A stretch of DNA of 63,715 bases, filler included, from Albugo candida (GCA_040437565.1; 23 parts of 23 records of this genome joined end to end with filler, not necessarily neighbours in it), one strand, 5' to 3'. Counted from the whole stretch's first letter, positions 12,335 through 25,954 are shown. Notes: generated by a model not told the origin, from the sequence alone. A program made the numbers and translations.

Positions 12335-14410
12335 GTGCATTGCTTCCTCTGTCCGTATGCTTCAAGGCACTTTATTTTTTGTGCGTAATGTAAAACATCA
12401 ATGTATTGGCTTTCATCCATTTTACTGTCTATGAATACGCTAAACTTCTTTTTCACACGGTACTGGGTTCACATAGCTAATCGAAATGAGTGACCAAGAG
12501 TGGATATTTCGCATATATTTTGATCATCGGCCTGAACACAAATCTGTGTCTTCATCATTTAGCAGAATTGACATTGCTGCAGTACAACACTAGCAAGCAA
12601 AGACTTAGCATGAGAATGCGTGGTGGCCATTCGAATAGTCGAAAATTCAACCCTTTCTCTAGTGCAAAATTAGATCAATACGAAGTGATACCCGACGGAA
12701 GAAAATGAAAGTAAATCGCGGTTGCGACTAATGAATGATTAGATACTGGCGTGATGCGGTTCCATCAAGCTGAATGTTGTATTCTGAAACATTTTACAAT
12801 CACGTATGAGCTTATGACATGTTTGCGCTTTCATCAACCTTGATCGACTTTGCGACACCAGGCGCGATAGCTTTACAACAGTTGAGTAAAAAGCATCTTG
12901 AATAAGCTTTATACTTCTGTGACAAATTCATCATAAGCTGATCAATTCAATCAAATGCTGTGCTGGTTGAAGCAGGTATACACGATGGTGAAGTTTCACT
13001 TTGCATTTATAATTGAGACCAACACCTCATTCATATCGGCGTGTATGCTTGTTGTGGGGCGGGCTAATCCCAATCAGTTTCGAATATATTCGTCCTATGA
13101 TTCTAACTGACCTAGAACCATAAAAAATAGTAGAGCGGACAAAAACAGGAGTCTTGCATTCCTTTGCTGTGACATAAATAGGCACAACAAGCTGAGATTT
13201 AGTAACGCGGCATCTCAGCGTGCTGAAGCGTTGAGTTATGCAAAGAAGGCGATGGAACTGATCTTCGAATGCTATCGATCAGTTTTGTGGAAGATAAATG
13301 AAAGAAGGTACAACACCATGTCGGTGAGAAACTCAATCGATACCTTTCCTAGCTAAGATGACCGACCAGAAATGTTCTCGTGGCCTAACGGCTATGAGCA
13401 TGCGAGCAGGAAATTTAGATATCAGGACGAACCTCCGGTCTGTCGAAGAAATGCATTCTTCTTGGATGATGATTTTTGGCAGATTTGTTCGGAGCTGGTG
13501 AGAGTGTCCTGAAGTATTTGGTTTCTCTTTAGGCGTAGCGCACATATAGCTCCTCTGACATGCCAACCTAGCGATTATGCCCTACTTGGCATATGTCACG
13601 CTTCTCAACCCAACCGCCTTTGATTTCGATTCTGACACGATGAAGCGCAATAGTAAAGAGGTAGTGCTTTCGACGCAGGCAAAAGAAGTAGCTGATTTCA
13701 AACGTTCTCCTTCATTGTTCAGAGCCAATAGAGGAGTATTTGCAACTAGTTACATATAGATTTCACGATTGACAAAACCGAAAGCCGTCACGTTTCGAAC
13801 GTAATAAAGACTACTACGATTGAGAATGCACTTGCGTTTGCGCTATATGCAGGCGATGCGAAAATCTCCAAGATGAAGTAAAGTGATGTGATTTACCACC
13901 ACGTTGCTGTCCCATTTTTCGTCTTCGTCGATGGATACGATAAAATTTCACAACCGGTAACAGCCATTATAAATGTAGTGTTCCTCCCGTGTGTCTTACC
14001 AGAGCGATCATTCTAATTGTATACGTTGCAGCATTTCTTCACAAGACCTTTCCTTCTGACTACATACATACCATCTTTGTTGGAGCCTCGTTCGTTCACG
14101 TTAACATCATAGTGAAATCGATAGGTGCACTCGAGGCGCTGACCTTGGAAGTGAGAGTTGACTAGACGAAGAAAAAAGAGTAAACAGACCCGACTGAGGA
14201 TTGGATCTTGTATAGTTGAGTTCCTTTGAATCGCAATGAAATCCCTATATGCTGACTGGTTCTCCTCTTGTGCGTGCGTATCCTTTCTGCTTAATAGCAA
14301 CATGCATGATNNNNNNNNNNNNNNNNNNNNNNNNNNNNNNNNNNNNNNNNNNNNTTAATTAATTAANNNNNNNNNNNNNNNNNNNNNNNNNNNNNNNNNN
14401 NNNNNNNNNN

Positions 14411-16467
14411 CTCAAGAAGTTCAAAGGGTACTTAGCCAATCACAACAAGCGGTCGATACTTTAGGTCACAATATACGTCAGTATATTGAGATTAACGTAC
14501 AACTTGTGTCAAATGATGTTAATCCTCCTTCTCCTTTGGTTGAAACCCCCGCTCTCTCCTCATTTTCTGAATCTATGAGGTTAAAGGTCAAGGATCCTTT
14601 ACCTTTTAATGGGAAGTCTAGGGATTGTACTCCTTTCTTTTCTCCGTTATCTTTGGTTTTCGCTGCTAATCCTGCTAGATACGCTCACGATGAAAGTAAA
14701 ATTTTATTTGCTATCTCTCACATGACTGGCGTAGCTTTCCAATATTTTGAACCTTATATTGCTAGCTTGGACGAGTCTGGTGTAGAACGTCCTCTATTGT
14801 TATCTAATTACAAGAGCTTCAAGGAAACCGTTATTGAAGCTTTCGGTGATAGTAATCCTATTGTTAATGCTGAAACCTCAATTAGAAATTTAAGACAAGT
14901 TGGACCTGTTTCCGAATAAGCTACCAATTTTAGAAGATTTGCTATGCTTCTTGAGTGGAACGATGCTGCCCTCATTTCTCAGTTCAAGTTAAATTTAAAG
15001 GATTTTGTGAAGAAGGAACTTGCTCGTCGTGTTAAGTGTAAGACATTGGATGGATTAATTAAATCATCAATTGAAATTGATAACTTGTTCTATGGGTCCC
15101 TAAAAGCATCAAGCACTTCTAACACTAATAATAACAGAAGTAATCATCATCGATCTCCACCTTCTGCTCCATCTGTCTCGTCTGTTCCTACTTCTCGATC
15201 TGGCTGCTATTATTACTGGGGGTGATAATAGGTCAAGAAAGTTATCTGTTGCGGAGAAGCAACATCGCCTTGTCAATAAGTTGTGTATGTACTGTGGTGG
15301 TGGAGGCCATTTTGCTTACAATTGTCCTAGAAAATCTGCTCTTTTGTCTACCGTCTTGCTCAGTGACCGGGAAGACTCTGAATCTAGTCAAGGTAGTCAT
15401 CATCTGTTAAACTCAATTATTGGTCCAGAACATGAAGGTGTAAATTTTGTCCTAAATGAAACAAACGATCTTGAAGGTGAATATAGAAGATGTATTCGAA
15501 GCAAAGCTGATAGATCTGGTTCCTATAATTCTGAAGCTGCTAGTACTACTTTTATTGTTAAAAGTATTAGCAATGACTTGTTTGTTTTACCTGTGAGACT
15601 TTTTATTCAAGGTTCTTACATTACTGTTCCTGCTCTTGTTGATTCTGGTGCTACTACTTCGTTTATCTGTTCTGATTTTGTACACCAATTTGGTATTCCT
15701 TCTACCGGTAGCATTAATCCTGTGCAATATAAGCTTGCTAATGGTCAGTCGTACGTTAGTAATGAAATTTCTATGTTAACTATGGAGGTCAGAGGAACAG
15801 AACACGAAGAATTGTTATCATTTAGACACATGGTTACTGCTGCATATCCTATTATTCTTGGTATGTCTTGGATCAGAAGACATGATCCTAATATTCACTG
15901 GCGTGCTGGTATCATGGGTCTTACTTGTTTATTTCGTGATTGTTGTAATAGAAGGCAAGAAGCTGCTCGCACTGGTCCTGTATCTCGTTTTGTCAATGCT
16001 GTAGTAAATACTGTGCCTAGTCTTGATTCGGATAGCCATAACTTAGAATCCTCAGATACTAGTTCAGAAACTAGTAGTCATTATCCTTGTTCGGTCTACT
16101 CTCTTGGTTCTCCTTCTGAAGCCCCCCTTCCTCAAGAAGACGAGTCTGATTCCAGCCATTGGAGATGGGATGTTCCTGCTCCCTCTTATGTGTATGATTC
16201 TCAAGAAGATAACAACTATGAATGGACTGAAGAAGAAGATTGGAACATGGAGGATGATGAAGACATTGTTGGAGGAATTAGAGATTTTGAAGTGTACGGT
16301 CAAGATCCTGGATACTATGTTAGGAATTACCCTCTTCTTTCCCCCCTCAGTACACACAATAATACCACCCCTATTTTTATTGACGATGAAATAAATGATG
16401 ATGAATTTTACCCCCTTGGGGACAACTATTTGAATGTTCACTCTGTCTTCAGATTTGCTAGTAGTAA
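14411..16467 (+). pseudogene. Degenerate Ty3/gypsy gag-protease, related to the element at 45720-47598
   Basis: DPLPFNG, EAFGDSNPIVNAE, LEWNDAAL, CMYCGGGGHFAYNC, LVDSGATTSFI, ILGMSWIRRHDPNIHW. There is an in-frame stop at 14917-14919 and a frameshift near 15200. Confidence 0.9.
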
Positions 16468-16950
16468 CACCAAGGCCATAAAATGCGGGTTTGGTTAACC
16501 TAAAATCAATATTCGACCAAATTTTCGGTCAAATGAATAAAATTTCACCGAATTTAAATAAAATGACCAGATATTGGGTTTAGGGGACACAATTCATTAA
16601 AATTGACCTAAAGTTTGAAATGGGTGTATTTTTTTTTAATTAATGACCGAAAAATTGGTTTAAGCAATATATTTCAATAAAAGTGACCGAATTTCTAGAA
16701 AGTTTGAGCCGATTTTACTAAAAGTGACCAAATTTCTGGTTTAAAGGATACGAAAACAAAAAATTAACATTTTATTTGGTTTGAATGATTTTTTTTAAAA
16801 AATTCGACCTAAAATTTGGTTTGGCTCACCAAAAATTCATTTTTCCACCGAAAAAAAAAAAAAAAAAACTTGAATCTATGAGCCCCACCGTAATTACGGT
16901 TTCATTAATTAAAAATGCGTCGTTCTAACCTATTATTTGGTATTACCTAT
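16468..16950. mobile_element. Probable DNA transposon terminus (CAC start, subterminal GACC(A/G)AA-like repeats) inserted in the gypsy ORF
   Basis: Composition changes abruptly at CACCAAGGCC, followed by many short GACCAAA / GACCGAA / GACCTAAA / TTTGGTT motifs in both orientations. Confidence 0.5.
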
Positions 16951-17261
16951 TTTTTTTTATCAATTCAAACCAAAATTAAGGTGAAAAAAATAAAATCGGT
17001 TGAGCAAACCATAAACAACAAACAAGACTCATCATAAATGAAAAAAATTGTTTATGACAAAGTAGTAGAAGAGTGAGAGTGATATAAAACATTGCTGATA
17101 AAATTCTATACATTACTTATAAGTATACAACACATCATAGAAGAAACAACATTTACACAAANNNNNNNNNNNNNNNNNNNNNNNNNNNNNNNNNNNNNNN
17201 NNNNNTTAATTAATTAANNNNNNNNNNNNNNNNNNNNNNNNNNNNNNNNNNNNNNNNNNNN

Positions 17262-19644
17262 GCTTGCTCGTCTTGTTGGAAACGACGATGTACGAAAGAA
17301 GTTGAAGTACAGAAGTGAACGTGAAGAAGTACCTGGTGTGATTTCTGATTACTTTGATGGTGCTGATTACAAGGCATTTAAAGCAAATAACTTGTTTCAA
17401 TCGCCAGAAGATATTGCAATTGCGTTGTACGCCGATGGCTTCGTTAACCAAAACAAGGGTAAACAGGAATTGGTGATTCTTCATGTTATGGTTCTCAACT
17501 ACGATCCTGCGTTAAGGTAAATTAGTTAACTTTGTTTTGTAGTATTGTTTCTCTTACTAACAATCTGTATTTCTTTTGTAGATATACCGATCAATACTTG
17601 TTTCAGTTGGCAGTGATTCCAGGAAAACCTCAGAATCTTGATTCATTTTTAACGCCATTTGTTGATGAAGTGGAAAGTCTTGGAAAATACGGACTAATTG
17701 TCAAGAAGATTAACGGTGAAGTTATAAAGGCCAAAGTGCACATGGTTATGGCAACAGGAGACATTCCACAGGTAAAAAAAAAGTAAAAGAAAGAAAACTA
17801 AAAAAAATTAAAAAATTAATTTTCTAAATATAGGTATCCAGCTTCATCCATCACGGTGGCCACACTTCGACTTACGGTTGCAGAATTTGTGAAGTAGAAG
17901 GTGTAAGCCCCTCAACCAAGCACGGCAAATACTATGTAGACTGTAATGCGCCCATGAGAACACTCAAAGACTTTACTGAAGGCAATCCTGTAAGTGTGTA
18001 ATCATAAAAGTTAGTTAGCCGTTATATTAATATAAGTTTTGTTAGGCCAAGAAGATTACCAAAGGCACTATATTCGCCAAGTTACCAACAATGGTTGGTT
18101 CATCAACATTCGGCTTAGATGAAATGCATCCCATTGAACAAGGAATGGGAAGATTAGTTCATAAATTTATAGTCTTGTCGAATATGATATCTTCTGGTAG
18201 CACCGATAAGAAGGACAATAGCAACAACTTTAGGTACTCCAAAAAGAAAAATGATTACGCAACGGATTACACTTTCAAGCTGGATAGAAAAGATTTACTT
18301 GATGCAGGCAAATGTATTGAAAACTCTCGGTCAAAAATACCAGTTTCGTTTCAAGGAAGTTGGGATAACTTAGTGAAGAAGACCGATGGTGCGAGGGCAA
18401 TTGATTTCATAGACTTCCTGTTGTATGCCTTGCCAACTGTTTTCGTTCCTTTTTTCAATTCTGCTAATACTCGTAAAGCTCTGTTGCACCTTTCTCGTGG
18501 TTGTGCTATCGCACTTCAATGGGAGTTAACCGAAGAACTGATTGTAGAAATGGGAAAGTAAGAATCAACTAGTGTTGAATAGCACTAAGCTTCAGAAAAT
18601 ATTAACTAACCTTTTTTTTATTAAAGCTGCTTCAGTGTGTGGCATAACTTTTTGCAAAATGAAGTAAACCATGAGCGTCTCTCCGTCAAGATTTTTACTG
18701 CTAATAACCATTACTTGACCCATATTGGTTTTATGATTCGTAGAGCTGGTGGTCTCAGAGTATACAGTGCTAGAAGTATGGAACGAACCATTGGTAGGTA
18801 TTCAAAGCTCATCAAGAGTAGAGTAAGATCTGGAAAGAATGCTGGAAAGGTTGTGGAAAGGTTGTCAATTACCGGGTTTTTGAACCATGCTCTTGCGGTT
18901 AAGGATATCCTAGATGTTATTCAGTCAAACAAAACTTCATTGGACGACTACATGGAATTGTCAAGCTCATCGGTCAGCAACATCAACAATCACCAGTTGT
19001 GGAGTCCTTTTTCTGTTGTTGAAAGTGAATTACAAAAACAATTATTAGAACAAAAAACGTTTGAAAAAGAACTGCAAAAATACTATACCCGGTGTATTTC
19101 AAGTACAGCTCAACCTGTTCAAATAAAAAACATCGTGGACATCGTCATTGCCGGTCGATCCTTGATTTTCAGCCAAGTGTACAGTTCTGAGATGTATAGA
19201 ATAAAACGTGGAGAAAGATCTAGAGGCAATCACTACGTGATGTTTGAGGTTAATGTGAAAAGGTAAGGTATTCTTCTTTCACTAAATATCCGTACTTAAC
19301 TTTTTAAATTTTTTAGAAATTTGATCTGCTGGTTTGTAGGGCGCGTATTATTCTACTTCCAACATGACAATAGTTTGCTTGAGGACAATTCTCAATTTCT
19401 GGTGTATGTTGAAGTAATGAAGGAGCATTCTGCTGCCAAGTATCACAGTACTATACCAGTGATTAGAATGAATGATCCCAGCCATTATAATCCCCGCTTT
19501 GCAGTGATCAGTCTGAACGACATCAGGCATCAGGTTGGTCTTGTTCAATCTAGTGAAGATTCTCTTGAGTATAAAGCTGTGGCCCCATACAGAATTTTTA
19601 GAGAAAATGTCGACAAGAATGCTGGTCGTTTAAGCAACATCTAA
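17262..19644 (+). mobile_element. CACTA/EnSpm-like (Transposase_21 type) transposase, spliced, 5' partial
   Basis: DYFDG..ALYADGF, MATGDIP, GHTSTYGCRIC, LDEMH, NNHYLTHI, YSARSMERTIG. GT-AG introns 17517-17581, 17772-17833, 17990-18045, 18558-18626 and 19263-19316 restore one frame. Confidence 0.85.
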
Positions 19645-20107
19645 TGTTCTTTTTTTATAATGTTGTTTCCACCACATTCATCGTTTCTAATCAAGTTTTT
19701 TTTTTTTTTTTTACTTTCCTCTATTTAATTCCATATTGTTATCATCCTTTTATAATATATTACTATGTCCATACTCTCTGTACCTCTTATCTTCTATTTT
19801 GTCGTCCCTCTATTCTTCTTTTGTAGTATATAACAAACCATAACATTGTTGCTTTTGCTTTAATCAGAGGCAAACTAAAACAGAAAAAAAGAGGAAAGTT
19901 AGCAAAAGAGCAATTGAAGACATCATAATAAAATCCAAACCAGTTATTGGACATTGCACGTCTTTATAAAAAAAAAAAAAAAATAAAGAAAAGAAGTAAA
20001 AAAATAGNNNNNNNNNNNNNNNNNNNNNNNNNNNNNNNNNNNNNNNNNNNNTTAATTAATTAANNNNNNNNNNNNNNNNNNNNNNNNNNNNNNNNNNNNN
20101 NNNNNNN

Positions 20108-21369
20108 TAACTTACGCCAACGATTATTTTCCAAGATGATTGCAGAAATGAAGGGATATTAGTATTTTTAATAGCATGTTTTTTAGTGAATGATTCTTTC
20201 ATGTCTTCCCAAACTTCGTCATTCTCGAAGAGAGATCTTTGTGAATTGATTGAACTGTCGTTTAAATCTAAAATGGATGATAAACCATTACTATATAATG
20301 GTTATATTTTCGTTAGAATTTATGCACATACAAGTTTGTCGTTGTTTTTTAAAAAAAAAAATATAACTTACGACATAATTTTTCTCTCTCTATCTGTAAG
20401 AACTTTACTATTAGCCATTTGATTGTGTAAAATGAGAGCCTTGGATTTTATGATTTCAGCAATATAATCATCATCGACCTTGTTATTATTATTGCCGTTG
20501 TTATTATTGTTATTGTTATTATTATTGCTGTTACTATTATTGTTATTATTATTACTGACAGCCTAAAAATTGAATCAAAGCAAGTTAATACAAAAAGTGT
20601 GTCAGGATAACTTGTTACTTTGAACTAGCCATACCTCATCTTCTCCATCATCGTTCTCGGCTGTACAATTTTTAATAGAGTATGTGGTTAATGCTCTAAG
20701 CTGCTTTTTATTTTTTTATGAACTGTTCTTACCATCACTTTCTTCAGTTAGTGTTCTGATTAAATTGGCTTTGAATTTTAGTTTTTCAATTCCCACTTCT
20801 TGCTCCGCGTTCACAATTTTGGCCTGTATAAACAAAATAGGTTGAGCATATTGCTTATATCTATGATTTGAAATAAGTAAATACCTTATTTAGTTTATTT
20901 TCTTCTTCTAATTCTTTCTTTAACCAAAATAAGTAATTTGAGCTATTTTTGTCTTTCGATTTCTATCACGCGAAAAGGAAATGTAGCAGTTAGAACATGT
21001 AAATTTCAGACCGCTGCTGCTAACTTCGCCTACCTCCAATTGTTTTTTTAATTTTTTTATACTATTTGTAACGTCTTTATCATCGGGAAATGATATTTGA
21101 AGCTTATTAAGATCAGAAGAAAGGTGTGCATGGCAGATAAACTTGCTAACCATCTCCTCCCGTTGATAGTAGGCAGCATCGAAGCAGTCTAAATCCCATT
21201 CTTGGCAATTCACATTGTTGAAATACCCTTTTTGAAAAAAAAAAAAAAAAAAAAAAAAAGTAGTTAATAAGCATGTTTCTATTGCTTGCTAACTGACTGA
21301 CTTACAAGGGCATAGTAAGTCACTTGAAATTAAGCTGAATGTTCGTTTTCTTGGGTTCGTTTGGGTCAT
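20108..21369 (-). pseudogene. Multi-exon gene of unknown function, apparently disrupted, with a poly-Asn exon
   Basis: ATG at 21369 (MTQTNPRKRTFS) followed by a GTAAG donor. Exons include GYFNNVNCQEWDLDCF..., AKIVNAEQEV... and a poly-N stretch; internal stops are present. Confidence 0.4.
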
Positions 21370-21545
21370 CTTTTTTATTAATTAAAAACAAATGAGAAAA
21401 ACTCCTGGCGCACTCAAGGCCAGAAATATGGCGTTTTATACTCCGGATGTGACTTTTGTTAATTTTTAGCTCTATCTTACTGGTTAAATTAAATGTTTTT
21501 TATTTATTGTGGGGTTAATGTATAGGAATATCTTTTTTTTTTCTT

Positions 21546-22700
21546 TTAAAATAATAACCACAGAGGTTCATGATAACTTGTGTATGAAATATATGTGCCA
21601 CTACTTTGGAAATTTCGATTAGTAAATATGTTATCTATAATAGTTCCTAGTCGAGTAGTTGAATGTACTGATTCTGGAAGAGTGCTTCGAAGTCCATGTT
21701 CATTTAGAATGTTTAATATAAATTCTCGATTTGAGGAACTTGTTTTGAAATCAATATTAAAATCGCCAGCAATGATAATACGAACAAATGGAAAATTGAA
21801 AATATAAGACAAAGACTGATGCAATATTTGTTGAGTAGGTTGTGGAGAAATATAAATGCTGCAATATAAATCTAGATTCAAAGCAACAATCGCAACACTC
21901 ACAGTATGAATACCTTGTCGAAATACACGATTATGAGATATGACTTGTGAGGGATGGAAACGCTCTAAAAGGCTTTGAGATATATAGCAACGTGCACCAA
22001 TTTTTTCTGTGGGGGTTGACTTGTCAGCAGTAGAGATCATAGTAAATCCAGGAATATCAAAACGATCGTTAGGATTTGTCCATGTTTCATTTAATAAAAT
22101 AATATCAGAGGAGAGATAGACTTTATCGCATAAGATTTGTCTGAAGTTGGGACCTAAACCCTCAATATTGTGTGATATAAGCTGGGTATTGTTGTTAGAA
22201 TCTTCACGGGTGGATAAACGAGAGAAGTGAGGGATCAGCAAGACATCTTCTTGACGACGCATTTCAAGGTAAAGATCGCTTTGTTTATCTGCAGAGATAG
22301 ATGAAGGAGGAATGAATTTATTCTCTTTGCAGATAAGTTTCAATCCGGCTGCCTTTGTTGCTCTAGAAGTTGCTACATATATGGATGATCTTTGCATCTT
22401 TTTTCTACCAGTATCATAAACCACTACAGAATCATATGTACCTCCTTGAGATTTATGTACAGTTAAAGCCTCTGCTGGTACTACAGGGAACTGCTTTCGA
22501 CTTAACTGTAAAGATTCATTTTTTGACGAAGCTACTATACCTGAAGATGGTGAGATCATTGTCCAAGAGTCATGAGTAATGTTTGCATTTCTTCTAAGCC
22601 TTTCTTGCGATTTACGTAAGTTCATAGCTGATCGCTTTTCTTCAAACTCGATCCACAACCTCATTGGCTTTTTTTCACCGGATAAACCATTACTTAAATC
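21546..22700 (-). mobile_element. Helentron RepHel C-terminus: Pif1 helicase end fused to an AP endonuclease
   Basis: Helicase motifs QFPVVPAEALTVHKSQG and YVATSRA are followed in frame by APE motifs SHNIEGL, LNETW, AGDFNID, IDNIF and SYHEP. Confidence 0.88.
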
Positions 22701-22839
22701 TATGGATGTCAACGAATCTAAATATCACGAGTCGCGAATCTTGAAAATCGCAACGAATCCAACTTTTAAGCTGTAAAAGCCACCCATTTTACGAATCACG
22801 AATCCAAAAATAATCAACGAATCGGATTCGTTGACATCC
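22701..22839. mobile_element. ~140-bp MITE (hAT-like terminus) interrupting the Helentron ORF
   Basis: Perfect 15-bp inverted repeat GGATGTCAACGAATC (22704-22718 / 22825-22839) with repeated internal CGAATC motifs. Confidence 0.7.
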
Positions 22840-22939
22840 NNNNNNNNNNNNNNNNNNNNNNNNNNNNNNNNNNNNNNNNNNNNTTAATTAATTAANNNNN
22901 NNNNNNNNNNNNNNNNNNNNNNNNNNNNNNNNNNNNNNN

Positions 22940-24350
22940 CCTCCTCTATCCTCTTCGTCACAAGATATATTTCATCCGCATACAGACGTACGTATACGAC
23001 ACCATCCCGGGTACGCTTCACATCGACACATAGCTCCGCAACATAGTCCTTGAAACTCATTCTAAGGTCAGATCCCGAATGGTTTCATTCCAAGAGCTTA
23101 CTGCCGGATTCGAACCGTAGATCGCCTTCTCCAGCTTGCACACCATACATTTGGCATCCTCCACCCCGAATGTTAAGTTCATATGGACCATTTCCCTTAG
23201 GCCGCTCTTCAGGTACGCTGTATCCCCGTTCAATCGTTCCATCATGTAGTGGTATGCGGCACACCTTGCGCAACAAGCCAAGCTTCATATCAAATCCCAC
23301 GACCATTATCGTCATTCTTTTTGCGCAATCGATAGGCATACCAGATATAACGAGCGTCCCAGTATGGTTTCGTGCATGCGAACTGAATAAAGCGTACATG
23401 GGACGACGCTGTTAAAGCAAACGTTCCATCTCGTTCCTCTCCACAAACCTAGATAGCTTGCCCGGTAAATTCTATTTGCTCATCCCTACCCGTCCTGGGC
23501 TGTTCGGGCGCAGGACCCCATTCATCGTCGAAGTCTTCCAAATTAAAATGCTGACTGTTCTCATTGTGGCGAGTGCGTGTCATAAATGCCTGCCACTTCA
23601 CCCTCGTCTAGCTATATCGATTGTGGCATCGTGATCTCAAGCATAAGTCAAACACGGATTTTATGTTCATCGACATTTTCTGCGTGTGCGAGAAATATGG
23701 AGCGAAAACGTTTGATTCGAGTTTCGTCATATCAAATCGCCAATATGAGCACAGCCTACGAAGAAAGCTCTCATAATGCTCCATACTAGGCTTTCCCATA
23801 AATCCAACTCAAAATGCATCAATTACTTGTGTGTCGTGTTACTGGGACGCTTCATGTGATACAGAGCTGGGCTATAGGCTTCGACCACTAATCCGTAGAC
23901 ACACGTTCGTGGTGGTTCATGATCGTTGCCCTCTCCAAGATCGTGTGATGTTCTGTTCCGCTACTCAGCTCTACTGGATGCATCGTTTGCTGGGGTACTA
24001 TCCCTTTCGGAATGCACATATCGGTCATCGTCTTGTTCTCGTAAGTCTTTTCGTTGCATGACGGCAGACAGTTTAAGCCATACCCATTTATATACAAGAA
24101 GCGTTTGGAGCTTCTTCAGCTTACCGACTAACTCGGTCTTCTTTTTCATAAAGTACGCCATCACATACTGTGCGTGGTCATCAACGAATGTCAGTATCTG
24201 CTTGTAAGCACCTTCAATGGCGCTTTCATTACGTCCATCAAACCCGTTCCACTGCGCGGATAATATTCGTCGATTCTCATGAAGGAATGATTTTCCGGTC
24301 CTTTTCCTCTTATGAACGCTCTTCATGTCACCTCGATCTCTTGCTTCACC
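22940..24350 (-). pseudogene. Degenerate Ty1/copia integrase-RT relic
   Basis: Fragments LTFVDDHAQYVMAYFMKKKTE, HTILERA and VCKLEKAIYG...SWNETI, with many frameshifts. Confidence 0.8.
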
Positions 24351-24743
24351 ACACTGCGCTTTAGTCCGTGCGTGTTTGCTTTAGCGTGTCACATCTAATT
24401 ACCTTGGGTCGGTAATATATAGAATTACGATGTGCTGATAAACAGGGTAGTCAGTACAAATGTTAGTATCACACCGCGTATTGCTAGCATGGTTACATAT
24501 TTTCCTGATATGATCATGTGGTCACTGGCTGACGTGAGTTGGCGACGTCACTAAAGGAGCTTCCAGAACGTTTTAGAAGTGCTTAGAAGTATCGAAGGGT
24601 TTTCATTGGCTTAGAAGTAGTAAGAGATGTTCGCGAACAAAGCACTAAGGATACATCAAGTTCTCAGTTTACTCTCGCCTGCGCACAGGAGTCTACAGGC
24701 TGACAGCCAATGTCGATTGTCACGCTACTCAACCAGTGGAACG

Positions 24744-25667
24744 ATGTCCGCGAGTAGGACAAACGTCATCCTTGATAACGATATCTACTTCCACTGGAAC
24801 TTCGCCATGCGGATGACCCTGGCGAAGAAAGGACTGCTTGTTCATATAAAAATTTTGAAGCCGGATGCAGAAATCCCAGAGTCGTGGGGTCGTGGATACG
24901 GGACGACATGAATGCGCTAGGCTTATTTGACCTCGGTATTTTAGTGGAGCACCGGACAAAGATCAGATCTGCTTGATTCGCCATGCAAGCATGGACTACG
25001 CTGCGCGCGTTCTACAACCGGACGATGATACACAACCGAGTAACGCTGACGAGACGGCAGCAAGAGTCCAAGATGGAAAACAATACTTCGTTGGCCAAGC
25101 ATCTTAGTCTTATCGACAAGCTGATAGTTGGTTTGCTGACGCTGCAAGGACCCATGGATGACTCTCAAAAGCTTGTATTTATGCTGAGCAGTCTCCCACA
25201 GGAGAACGAGATTGTCTCGCCAATTGCGGAAACGCTAAGGAAAGTGACGTTGATCGAGGTGACGAAGAAGATTCTGAAGGAGTACGAGCGACTTGAGAAG
25301 AAGGAAACTACGCAGCGCGCGTTCAAACTGAATGCAGGACAATTTAAGAGATGCAATGGCAACGGTCGAAAAACGAGCGGCCCACGGAGGAACGAAGATG
25401 AATTCAAAGAAAAGTGCTTCAAGTGTGGCCAAGGTGGAAACTAAAGCGGGCCTGTCCGAAGCGGATCAGTACCGAGGAAGACGGTGCTGTGTTTGCTGCT
25501 GGGGAAGGGCGATGTGAAGAATGTATCATTCACAGTGGGGCTAGGTCGCACACGACACCTCATCGGAGCGATCTCTTTGATCCAAGTAGTTGAGAGATAG
25601 TCAACAAGTCTCTATCGTGGATGGCAAGAAGCCGCAGCTGGCTGGAATGGGGACACTCAAGTTGAAT
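24744..25667 (+). pseudogene. Degenerate Ty1/copia gag-protease (oomycete-type)
   Basis: LDNDIYFHWNFAMRMTLAKKGLL, QAWTTLRAFYNR..HNRV, LSSLPQE, LKEYERL, CFKCGQ.G and a decayed protease (HSGARSH). A possible LTR starts at TGTTAG at 24461. Confidence 0.8.
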
Positions 25668-25881
25668 NNNNNNNNNNNNNNNNNNNNNNNNNNNNNNNNN
25701 NNNNNNNNNNNTTAATTAATTAANNNNNNNNNNNNNNNNNNNNNNNNNNNNNNNNNNNNNNNNNNNNGGCCAGCTCCGCTGGCCCCGGGGTCAGGACCGG
25801 CAGTACGGCAACGCCGCCTGCCGGTCCGTGCCCTCCTTTCTTTGAAAGGGGGGCGTCGGGCAGTCTTTCTGCCCGATTTTT

Positions 25882-25954
25882 GGGGTAGTAGCTTAATTGG
25901 TAGAGTCCTTACTTGTCACGTAAGTGAATGTCGGTTCAACTCCGACCTACCTCG
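25882..25954 (+). tRNA. trnD: tRNA-Asp (GUC)
   Basis: Acceptor stem GGGGTAG/CTACCTC, D arm GCTT/GAGT, anticodon arm CTTAC-TTGTCAC-GTAAG, T arm GTCGG-TTCAACT-CCGAC, discriminator G, no encoded CCA. Confidence 0.95.
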
